From: a virus
DNA length: 64,000 nt
Virus record (IMG/VR): IMGVR_UViG_3300020020_000028
Coordinates: 1-64,000 of that record
Reading direction: 5' to 3' (one strand)
Shown here: positions 9,446-18,217 of the stretch, one piece after another
Position numbering within the stretch: position 1 is the stretch's first letter
Layout: each line of letters begins with the position of its first letter
The notes under the pieces: generated by a model
What the model saw: the letters and a program-made list of their open reading frames with translations, nothing else
Databases searched by the model: none
What the model was told of the DNA's origin: nothing
Position numbers and translations under genes: made by a program

Positions 9446-10482
9446 CAAACGATCCCTTCTGAACATCGACAAGATACATGGGCTGGCGGACCTTCAAAGG
9501 CTTCGCCCTCATCGCTGATGTAAGCCTGACCTAATTTCGCCCGCTTACCTTCGAGGCCCTCACAGATCGGACAGACTTTTTCATCCCCAACGACGATCCA
9601 CTCTCGCTTTTCGTCGCCGTTTAAAAGTCCTGCCTCGACTGCCTGTTCCCACGCCTCGCGCTGTCCTTCATGAACAGCGATCATCGGTTCGTTCCTAGCA
9701 ATCAATTTCGCTCGATCACTATCTCCGACCGCTTCAAGAATTTCATCGAGGTGTTCGTCCCAATCACCTGTCTCAAGAAATTCTGCCGTCGCGTTACTGA
9801 TGCGTTCACGGCTCGTCTCTGTGATATTCGTGATGAGTTCGGCTGCGTGCTGGTCAGCCCAGTCAATCGCAGCCTGTCGTTTCACGTCGAAATCGAAGTA
9901 GATCTTCGGTTGATCTGATCCCTTCTTTGCCGTTCGAAATTCTTCAGCAGATCGCAGTTGCTGTTGCAACATCTTCGCAGCGACCTTCCCACCTTCGAGA
10001 TAGATCGTCTTCAATACTTGAGGCAACGAGTCTTGAAGTTCTTCTCTCAAGACTTCTAGCGATTTATCGATTGACTGACGATCACCGGAGACAAGGACGC
10101 GACGTGCAGCCGAGAACGCATACCGAAGAACGATTTCGAGCTTCGGTGCAAACTTGTCAGCCGTTTCGTGAATGGCTGTTTCTTTGCGACGTGAGGCTGT
10201 GCGTGGTTCTTCTTCATCCGACATCCCATCCGTGATGATTAAGATGTCTTCAGCCTTCTTCAACGCCTCAACAAGTACCTCGTACTGCTCTCTCACCAGT
10301 GCTGTAGGCTGCACGCTCGCTAATTCAGCACGCAAATTATCAAGATCCTCGGTAACACCGATGGAGACGAACCGGCGAATCGTTGGGGTCTGATTCAGCG
10401 CCCAAGACGAAAAATCTCGCATGCCTCCAATAGAGGCAAACTCCTCTAGCACGCCAGTGGTATCCGCCAGCGAGTAACTCAC
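9445..10482 (-). CDS. Phage head morphogenesis / minor capsid protein (MuF, SPP1 gp7 family)
   Basis: RAKLIARNE, KREWIVVGDEKVCPICEGLEG and PPAHVSCRC motifs. Confidence 0.9.
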   Translation of the reverse strand: MSYSLADTTGVLEEFASIGGMRDFSSWALNQTPTIRRFVSIGVTEDLDNLRAELASVQPTALVREQYEVLVEALKKAEDILIITDGMSDEEEPRTASRRKETAIHETADKFAPKLEIVLRYAFSAARRVLVSGDRQSIDKSLEVLREELQDSLPQVLKTIYLEGGKVAAKMLQQQLRSAEEFRTAKKGSDQPKIYFDFDVKRQAAIDWADQHAAELITNITETSRERISNATAEFLETGDWDEHLDEILEAVGDSDRAKLIARNEPMIAVHEGQREAWEQAVEAGLLNGDEKREWIVVGDEKVCPICEGLEGKRAKLGQAYISDEGEAFEGPPAHVSCRCSEGIV

Positions 10483-11516
10483 TGTGCGAGCAACTCCTTC
10501 AAGTGCGTCGAGTCCTTCACTGGTGTCATAGCCCCTAACCGAAACGATCCGGCGCCCTTCGCAAAGTACACCTTGTGTCCGGAAAAGCCTTTGCTCTTGA
10601 ACACATCCCGATCATCGAGGACCACGGTATGCACAGCGGCTTTATTCAGCCGCGCCCACTTTTCTTTCTTCTCTCGCGCGGCGGTTCGCACCCAAATCTT
10701 GTCGTTGGTGTTATTCACCATCGTCTTGACTTCGATGCCGACCTTTTTGCCATCGATCTCCGTGATCACATCGACTGGCGCATTGCCCTCCGTGCCCATT
10801 CCACCCACCATCTGAAGGACCTTGGCCTCGTTCCGTTCCGCGTGCCTCTGGACACGGGCTCCGGCTGGCTTGAAGGCCCTCAGGGCACGGGCAGACTGCT
10901 CAGACCGGCCAACCCCTTGGCTGCTGCCTCCGGGGTTCCCACGGCCACCCACACCCCCGGCATGGCCGAAGTTCCCTGAGCCGGGACCTCCGAGAGTCTT
11001 CAATTTTCTCTTCATCCCCTCGATCAACTTGCGACCACCTGATGTCCACTCTTGCTGCTCGAAGTTGATGTCGTAACGCTTGTCCGCCTCTTTCAAAAGT
11101 TTTGTCCCGAGCCCCTGTCGTTGTGCGTCAGGTGAGACAAAGACGTTGACGTTACCTTTTTTCTCGAACGGATGAATGTCTTGCGGATAGTGATAGAGAA
11201 TCGCTTGAAGTTTTCCATCCTCGCCACGATGCGTCAGGATATCCACCTTCTTTGCAGGTTCTGTGACCGATCTACCACTCGCCAACATGACTTTTCTTGC
11301 CGGTTCAACTTCTTCTGTCTGCGCCGTCAGTCCCGGCTTGCCTTTCACCGGAAACTGACTGGCTTGTGACGCGTAATCAAAATTCGCCGGGGCATCACGC
11401 TTCGGATCTGTCTTAACCTTCGAGATTTTGGAGGCAAACCCCGCCTCTGTCCATCGACCACGCTCGTCGCGCGGCTGATTGGAGTCGAATCCTAACTCTC
11501 GAAGTACTTGACTCAC
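10479..11516 (-). CDS. Tagged polyprotein: GNAT acetyltransferase + PD-(D/E)xK nuclease-like domain
   Basis: VFVSPDAQRQGLGTKLL (acetyl-CoA motif A); PVDVI...GIEVK. Likely start is GTG 11516, overlapping the upstream TGA. Confidence 0.7.
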   Translation of the reverse strand: MSQVLRELGFDSNQPRDERGRWTEAGFASKISKVKTDPKRDAPANFDYASQASQFPVKGKPGLTAQTEEVEPARKVMLASGRSVTEPAKKVDILTHRGEDGKLQAILYHYPQDIHPFEKKGNVNVFVSPDAQRQGLGTKLLKEADKRYDINFEQQEWTSGGRKLIEGMKRKLKTLGGPGSGNFGHAGGVGGRGNPGGSSQGVGRSEQSARALRAFKPAGARVQRHAERNEAKVLQMVGGMGTEGNAPVDVITEIDGKKVGIEVKTMVNNTNDKIWVRTAAREKKEKWARLNKAAVHTVVLDDRDVFKSKGFSGHKVYFAKGAGSFRLGAMTPVKDSTHLKELLAQ

Positions 11517-13492
11517 GACTTCTGCAACCCCGTCTTCGCGCCCTGCTTCTTCACACCCGCATTCTGCGCGATCCCAAATCGCTGTGACCACGTGTTCGCG
11601 ATGTGCAACACCTCAGAGATCGGCGCATTGACACGAACCACGTTCATCGTCGATGTTCCCAACCGATTGTCCTGTGAATCAATTCCAACAACCGCGGCCC
11701 AACGGTGATGCCCATCCACCACATAGTTATCTTTGGAAATGAAAATCGGATTCTTCGCGGGATCAAATTCTTTCGCTTCGTAATCCAACATCATCTTGCC
11801 GACAGTCACACCCTTCATCTCCCGCTGCGAGGCGCGAAGTCCAGACGCTGGCACCACTTCATCGGTTGTCTTCATACCGATGCCTTGCAAATACGTCTTA
11901 AACGCTGCCGCGCCGTCTACTTCCGTCGGATCCCACGGCGTGCGTGGAAGTTTATCGGCTTCTGATCCAGGAACTGGCTTGCCTCCAAGTTGCGGCATGA
12001 AGAGTCGTGGAATACCCTCTGGATATTCCGCTGTGCGAAGGCTCTCTGCGCAAAACAAGTTCGTACCCTTCACGGTCACGTTACAGAGATCAAAATCCTT
12101 CGCTGCTTCGCCAGCACTTTTCGCAGCAATCGCATCAGCCGCCAACTGGTGGATCAAGGTATAGGCTTGTTCAGTCGTCTCGACCTCGACGACCTTACCT
12201 TGCAACACCAGTGAGCAACCCTCTTCGACCGTTTTTACTTTGATCGGGATCGGGCGACCAGTCTTTGGATTGGTTTCCTGCTTCCACGTGATGCCCGTAT
12301 GTTCCCATCCTCCGGGAGATTTCCACCCATCAGTAGATGATCCACCGACCTGACCGGGGCGCCCTCCGTGTCCGAAGTTCCCTGAGCCGGGACCACCGAG
12401 TGTTTTCGGTTCCGCGACCAGTCCTTTTCGGATCTTCGCCTTCGCAACCGCTAACCGTATGGCACTCAGTGCGCGAGGTTTCTTCAAGGCATCAACAACA
12501 TACTCGCCATATTTCTGTGGCCAATCCGCTCCGGTATGAACCGCCGCCGCTTCCGAAATAAGGGTCGTCATCTGCTCTGGCGTGGTATCTGCGAGCTTGT
12601 CACTCACAAACTTTCCATACCATCCAGCCCAATCCTTGTCCGGGACGCCTGTTTCTTTCTCGAACGCTGTGTGCGCGACCTTCGCTTCTGCCATCAGCGC
12701 ACCAACAGTTTGTGACGCGGCTTTCGCATCGGACAAATCTAGCGCGACTTTCGATTCCTCACTAGAAGATCCGCCGACCTGACCGGGACGGCCCTCGTGA
12801 CCGTGATTGCCGCTGCCGGGACCACCAAGCGCCTTGAACTTCGCATCAACCTGTTCTTTAAAGATTTCCCAGTTGCCCGTCTTGAGTGCAGCCTCAAGCA
12901 TTGCTTCTACGACCTGTCCTAGTTCGGGATCAGAGAGAAGCGCCGCTATCTTATTGATGGCATCTTGTAGTTTCTCGTCTTTTTCCGCTCCAGCCACAAA
13001 CCTCACCGGAGGAGGCAACGCTCGTCCTCCATACATTTTCTTGTCTTGTCTGGTAGGACCATCGGTACGCATCGCTTCTAGTTCTGCCTTCAACCCCTTC
13101 GGAGTTATGCTGCTCAACGTGTTCCACAGTTCCTGACCGATCTCCGGATCACTCAAAGCCTTATCAAGAGATTCATAAATCTCAAACAGCTTCCGCCGTT
13201 GTTCTGGAGTGCCTTCCGTGCGCTTCGATGACCACGTGATGTAAGTGGGGTCAAACTCTAATTTGCTATGTTCAAGTGGAAAGCCCGCTTCATCACGACC
13301 AGGAATAATGTATCGAGCACCGATTTTTCCTAAGCCTCCTGAAGACGCAGGACCACCATCCGTCCATTGACCATCCTTGTCGCGAGGTTGGTCTGGATTA
13401 AACTTCAGTTCACGCGGCTCTTTGTAGATAACCGTGCCGTCTTTCAGCGTGATCACGAGTGTAGGAAGACTCAATGTGCTATCCATCCCCAC
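11513..13492 (-). CDS. Tagged polyprotein with C-terminal ParB/Srx-like domain
   Basis: LRASQRE...PIFISKDNYVVDGHHRWAA; three internal tag motifs. Confidence 0.7.
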   Translation of the reverse strand: MGMDSTLSLPTLVITLKDGTVIYKEPRELKFNPDQPRDKDGQWTDGGPASSGGLGKIGARYIIPGRDEAGFPLEHSKLEFDPTYITWSSKRTEGTPEQRRKLFEIYESLDKALSDPEIGQELWNTLSSITPKGLKAELEAMRTDGPTRQDKKMYGGRALPPPVRFVAGAEKDEKLQDAINKIAALLSDPELGQVVEAMLEAALKTGNWEIFKEQVDAKFKALGGPGSGNHGHEGRPGQVGGSSSEESKVALDLSDAKAASQTVGALMAEAKVAHTAFEKETGVPDKDWAGWYGKFVSDKLADTTPEQMTTLISEAAAVHTGADWPQKYGEYVVDALKKPRALSAIRLAVAKAKIRKGLVAEPKTLGGPGSGNFGHGGRPGQVGGSSTDGWKSPGGWEHTGITWKQETNPKTGRPIPIKVKTVEEGCSLVLQGKVVEVETTEQAYTLIHQLAADAIAAKSAGEAAKDFDLCNVTVKGTNLFCAESLRTAEYPEGIPRLFMPQLGGKPVPGSEADKLPRTPWDPTEVDGAAAFKTYLQGIGMKTTDEVVPASGLRASQREMKGVTVGKMMLDYEAKEFDPAKNPIFISKDNYVVDGHHRWAAVVGIDSQDNRLGTSTMNVVRVNAPISEVLHIANTWSQRFGIAQNAGVKKQGAKTGLQKS

Positions 13493-14181
13493 TGCTTAAA
13501 CACGTCATGCACAAAATCTGTCTCCAGAAGACGTGAGATCGGATTACTGAGCTTCGCGACTTCCATGACCGGCTTGCTGTTAAACAATTCCGTAAACGCG
13601 TCCGTGAAAAGTTGTTCTGGCTTCAACGGCGAGGATCGCAGAATCGTATCGTTCAGACCCTTACTCGCCTTTTGCCACTCCGGGCTCTCAATTCTCGCTG
13701 TTAGCGTGCGTGCGAACTGGCTGTATACCCCGTCTTCAGTCGTGAACACCTTGTTATGTTCGCGATCTACGAGACTCGTAGCCGCGCCGTCCATATCAAA
13801 CCCGTAATGCTTCAACAGAAAATCATCAATCTTCTTTGAAGACACACCCTGAGGGCTGACATCGAACGTCGCTTTCGATTCTTTACGAATCTTCGCGGGA
13901 ATGCTGTTCAGCAGTTTCGCCGCAGCTTCTTTGCTCTCCCCTTCGACCTTCGGACCACCGTCTCGATTACCGTGGGTCTTCTGATCGTGCTCGCCGTGTA
14001 ACGCCACGAAGCCCAATGTGCGCAACGTGTCTTGGCACTCTCCGCACAGCGTTTCCAGCGATTCTGTTTTTTCTAGGCGCGCGACCAGTTCAACCCGAGC
14101 CTTTTTCATCAGGCCACCGGGGTCTGGTCTATTGGGATCGCCTTTCAGCAACCACGCTTTGGTTGTTGGTGAGAGATTCAT
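13471..14181 (-). CDS. Tagged head-associated protein, function unknown
   Basis: HGEHDQKTHGNRDG tag shared with the 15188-18217 gene. Confidence 0.6.
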   Translation of the reverse strand: MNLSPTTKAWLLKGDPNRPDPGGLMKKARVELVARLEKTESLETLCGECQDTLRTLGFVALHGEHDQKTHGNRDGGPKVEGESKEAAAKLLNSIPAKIRKESKATFDVSPQGVSSKKIDDFLLKHYGFDMDGAATSLVDREHNKVFTTEDGVYSQFARTLTARIESPEWQKASKGLNDTILRSSPLKPEQLFTDAFTELFNSKPVMEVAKLSNPISRLLETDFVHDVFKQWGWIAH

Positions 14182-15191
14182 GGCGCCATATCTCTCTTCA
14201 ATAAGTTCTTGATCTCGTCACGCACTTCATGTAGTTCCTTTGGCAATTCGTGATCCATCACCACCGCAGTGAAAATCTCGGCTGTCGCTTCTTGAGGTCC
14301 ACCAGTCGCTGCATAGCCGCTGATTTTCTGATCTACAAAATCATCGAGCTTATCGTCAGGGACGTTTTTTAGAACAGCACCGATGACCGCCCGAGTTAAT
14401 CCATCACCAGTCATCGCATCGGCAAGATGTCCCGCTTCATGGATTACAATGCCGCGATAGACTTCACGTTCGAACTCTTCCTTCGAGGTTGCGATTTCCG
14501 ACGCACGTCGAGACGCAATCGTGAAATTATCATCAGAAGGGTTACCAGTCGTGTTCCGCGCCTCATCAGAGCCGTTGATGAACATCATTCCCTTAACCGT
14601 GTTGCTATACGGATCCCTCGCGAATGATGCGGACGCGACTTGTGGGTCATACTGCGCATACACCAGAGGCACATTCTTCTGCAAAAACTCATGTAGCGCA
14701 GGTGCCTCTTTTTTCAAATCGTCAAGCCCCAACGCAATCCCTTCCATCGCTTCTTTCGACAAAGGATTCGTTGCCGTTTTCAATTTCATATAATCACGAA
14801 ACAACTCCGGCGTCTGATACACAGGAATCGTGTTGTAACCCTTGTCAGCGAATGCCTTCTGAAAGGCTTCAGACGGTCCAATGTGTTCAGTAGAGGGTGT
14901 CGCTACTGCCGCAGGCTCCTTATTGAAATCTATCTTAAAATTATGAACCGAGCCTTTCGGCGTCGATCCTCCGGGGTTATCCTTGCCTCCGACGCCGCCT
15001 TGATGACCGAAGTTACCGGAGCCGGGACCGCCGAGTGCACGTTGTTTACTAACAGTATAAAACGCCGTACTCCCATCAGCGAATAGCACACGCGCGAGCG
15101 TCGCGTTCTCTGGTTCGACAGGCTTCCACGATGCGTTGATGTACAACACAACCCCGCTACGACCGTCGATGGTGATCGGTTGCGGGATCAT
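14178..15191 (-). CDS. Tagged protein with zincin metallopeptidase domain
   Basis: IHEAGH...ISGYAAT...EATAEIF. Confidence 0.75.
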   Translation of the reverse strand: MIPQPITIDGRSGVVLYINASWKPVEPENATLARVLFADGSTAFYTVSKQRALGGPGSGNFGHQGGVGGKDNPGGSTPKGSVHNFKIDFNKEPAAVATPSTEHIGPSEAFQKAFADKGYNTIPVYQTPELFRDYMKLKTATNPLSKEAMEGIALGLDDLKKEAPALHEFLQKNVPLVYAQYDPQVASASFARDPYSNTVKGMMFINGSDEARNTTGNPSDDNFTIASRRASEIATSKEEFEREVYRGIVIHEAGHLADAMTGDGLTRAVIGAVLKNVPDDKLDDFVDQKISGYAATGGPQEATAEIFTAVVMDHELPKELHEVRDEIKNLLKRDMAP

Positions 15192-18100
15192 GCGTTCGGC
15201 TTCCTTCCGATGCGTGCTTTTACCTTGTTAAGATTAGCAATCTCTCTCAGGTCATCAGCAAACAACCGCCATGACATCTTCGCACTATCACCAGCACGTA
15301 CCGATAATGGAGTCACCCTCAGTCGCGTCATCTCCGCAAGTGTTTCATTGATCGCTCGTTCAAACCCATTAGGCTGATTGACGATATCAGACTGCCAATA
15401 CGCTTTAGAGTAATCGGAGATACCGTCGTCCTTCTGCAAGACGTTCATCTTCTGAACATAACGAGACTGACCGGGCTGCTGATCGTTCTCCGTTTCCATG
15501 TACGTGTCACCAACATGTCGATAGAACATTGCCGACACTGGCCAACGTTTATGAACCTCTTCCTGCATCTCGGGCCGAACATAGCCACTCACACGGAAGA
15601 GACGCTTGTGTTCCTCTGGGGGCAGATTATCAATCTCTTTATGTTCCGCGAGTTGCGCCTCACGCGCGGCGTCAAATATCGCATGTGAGATCTCATGCGT
15701 CACGATCCCATTCGTGACGGCCATACGCTCATCGTATGAGTTACGAGCGTTGATCTCGATCACACCAGTGCGTGGATTAAAGTGGCCTGCTTCTCGAAAT
15801 TCAAGATCACCAACTTTGAATGCAGTCGGTTCTTTATCCACGACGTTGATAATTGCCGGAGGAATCCCCATTTCCTCAGCGAGTGTTTCCGCGCGTCGTG
15901 CAACGATGTCTTTATAGCGAACAGGAAAACCCGGTGGCAACGTTTCTACAGATGCGCCTGAAGGAGCACTGCCCCCGACTTCACCGGGTCTACCAGCGTG
16001 ACCGAAGTTCCCTGAACCTTCGCCTCCGAGCGCCTTGAGATCTTCGACCATCGCAAACGCGACAAACACGCGATGAAACTGCCCAAGCACCTTGAGCCAC
16101 GGCTTTTCCTCAACCCACGAGAAGGGCTGATCGCGCATCCACGCGGCCTTGATCCACTCAGGCTTGATGTCACCTGCGAACTGAAACGCGTCTTTCGGAT
16201 TCGTGATGTAGGAATCGGGGCGCAGTGTCGCCCAGATCTCTTCGGGGATTTCTACTTGCAGAACGACGGGCTTGACTGCGAAGTCCGAACCGGCACTCCC
16301 GTGGTTCTCAGCCGCACTCTTGGCGTAGTCTTTCGCCTGCTGAAGATCCGTCGCGACATAGACGTTGCCTGCGACACTACCGGGATGCGCCTTGCCCGCG
16401 AATTTCGCTCGAATGCCATCCTTGAGGATGGAGTTCAGCGCACCGGATTCGGTGCCGTGGAAGGCTGTCCACTGGCCACGTTCATCGCGTGGCTGGCTCG
16501 GATCGAAAGCTAACGTCCTTACCCTCTTCAACTGCGAGGGAGACTTAATCAGGACAGTCGCTGGAATCTCACTCTGATTAAGTTCATCCAACGATTGAAT
16601 CGCATCGTACCCGTGTCGAGCTAACACCTCACGGACAGCCGGAATGTACGCTACGTCTAACGGGTTACTACCCCCGTACGGAGAAAAGTCTGAGACGCTA
16701 GGTACCTCTAGCCACCATCCCGGCCCATCCTGTCCTGAGGGCGTGAATGTGTACTTGACCCCCGCTTCATCGAGGAGTGGCAACATCCGTTTGATGTCTT
16801 CTTCGTTATGAAGACTAAACGGCTTCGAGACAGAGATCGCAATCTCTTGAAGGCTCCCTTCTCTTCCACTTCTCTCGTTCTCTTCTTTATACCAACGCGC
16901 CGCTTCGGGGTCTGGAGTAGTGAAAATCGGCAGTCGTAGCGTCTCAGGGATCGCTCCACCAATATAATGAGGTTTCGTCGTATCGAACCGTGTGTCGCCA
17001 CCTCCGGTCCATCGACCATTCTCATCCCGAGGTTGACTCGGATCGAAACCTAGCCAGCGAGGATCTTCTTCGCGGCTTCGATCTCCATCGCTGTAGGTTC
17101 TCTGCCAGTCAATTTCCGCGCGAGCGCGATGAGTTGATCGAGTGTGGGAGCCTGTGTTTCGGATCCCGTAACGATAAGCTCCGGCTGCTTTGACATGAGG
17201 GTACTCAATGGTAACAGACTTGCCGTTCTTCAAATCGAAATACGCCAACTGCTTGGCTGCACGCCCAAGCCTCTCGGCTTCCGCTGCGTCTTGCACAATC
17301 GTGCTGACATCCAGATAGGCCATGCCATCTTCGGGGTTATGCCAACCCCCGAGATAGTTGCCTGACTGACTCAGAAGATCGATGTTCTTGACCGTGTACT
17401 CCGCAAGTGCCACGACGGAGACATCCTTCGCCGGAAGAATTTTCTCGCGATCCTTGTGGAGACTCAGCGCAAAGCCCGTCTTCGGTTGTTCACCCGTCGC
17501 AGTGTGGTACGTGAATCCGCCGTCGGCTTGATGAATCGCTTCGAGGATGCCGCTTGGTGCGGGGAGAGAACCGCCCACCATGCCGGGGCGTCCAGCGTGG
17601 CCGAAGTTTCCTGAGCCTGCGCCACCGAGTGTGCTTAACGTCTTGTTCACCAACACGACGCTGTACAACACACGAGTGTTCTGCGCAAGTGCCCGCCAAT
17701 CAATGCGATGAAAAAATTCTTTAGAAGGAGTACCGACACCAGTAATCCACTCAGGTGGAATGGTGCCCTTTACCGCGAACGCATCGCCTTGATCCTCAGA
17801 TCGTACGTTCGTAGCCCACCAGTCCCGAGGGATCTCAATTCTTAAAATGACGGGTTCTGTGTCATCGTTGACCTCTGCGGCATACTTCGCGTACGTATTC
17901 GCACTTGTTAGACTCTCCGTGAAGTACACAGACGCTGGGCGACCACCCATGTCCGCGCCTTGCTGACGTGCGTATTCATCGGCTCCTGTGCCGTGGCCTT
18001 TGAAGGGAGAGAGTCCGAATTGTTTGATCGAGGCTAGTGCCTCTGATTGCGTGCCGTGAAAAACAAGGTGTGGCCCACGGTATCCAACAGTTACACCATC

Positions 18101-18217
18101 ACGATTACCATGAGTCTTCTGATCGTGCTCACCATGCAACGTACGCACGCGCGCCATCTGACTCGCGATAGTCAGTAGCCGTGCCGCACGCGCGGGAGCC
18201 AGAGGGAAGCTAAGCAT
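15188..18217 (-). CDS. Five-module tagged polyprotein: ART/Tpt1-like, possible SAM-lyase-like, ART-PolyVal-like, ART/Tpt1-like, zincin peptidase
   Basis: Two FHGT...SI...G...VY...A..YA...(I/V)L.(I/V)EIP...I.PEWI domains; GGFT...LGGW...YLDVS...Q.A.FDL; FTT...A..Y...GYDAI...SPSQLK; HEISH...ISDYS...NETLAE. Confidence 0.7.
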   Translation of the reverse strand: MLSFPLAPARAARLLTIASQMARVRTLHGEHDQKTHGNRDGVTVGYRGPHLVFHGTQSEALASIKQFGLSPFKGHGTGADEYARQQGADMGGRPASVYFTESLTSANTYAKYAAEVNDDTEPVILRIEIPRDWWATNVRSEDQGDAFAVKGTIPPEWITGVGTPSKEFFHRIDWRALAQNTRVLYSVVLVNKTLSTLGGAGSGNFGHAGRPGMVGGSLPAPSGILEAIHQADGGFTYHTATGEQPKTGFALSLHKDREKILPAKDVSVVALAEYTVKNIDLLSQSGNYLGGWHNPEDGMAYLDVSTIVQDAAEAERLGRAAKQLAYFDLKNGKSVTIEYPHVKAAGAYRYGIRNTGSHTRSTHRARAEIDWQRTYSDGDRSREEDPRWLGFDPSQPRDENGRWTGGGDTRFDTTKPHYIGGAIPETLRLPIFTTPDPEAARWYKEENERSGREGSLQEIAISVSKPFSLHNEEDIKRMLPLLDEAGVKYTFTPSGQDGPGWWLEVPSVSDFSPYGGSNPLDVAYIPAVREVLARHGYDAIQSLDELNQSEIPATVLIKSPSQLKRVRTLAFDPSQPRDERGQWTAFHGTESGALNSILKDGIRAKFAGKAHPGSVAGNVYVATDLQQAKDYAKSAAENHGSAGSDFAVKPVVLQVEIPEEIWATLRPDSYITNPKDAFQFAGDIKPEWIKAAWMRDQPFSWVEEKPWLKVLGQFHRVFVAFAMVEDLKALGGEGSGNFGHAGRPGEVGGSAPSGASVETLPPGFPVRYKDIVARRAETLAEEMGIPPAIINVVDKEPTAFKVGDLEFREAGHFNPRTGVIEINARNSYDERMAVTNGIVTHEISHAIFDAAREAQLAEHKEIDNLPPEEHKRLFRVSGYVRPEMQEEVHKRWPVSAMFYRHVGDTYMETENDQQPGQSRYVQKMNVLQKDDGISDYSKAYWQSDIVNQPNGFERAINETLAEMTRLRVTPLSVRAGDSAKMSWRLFADDLREIANLNKVKARIGRKPNA

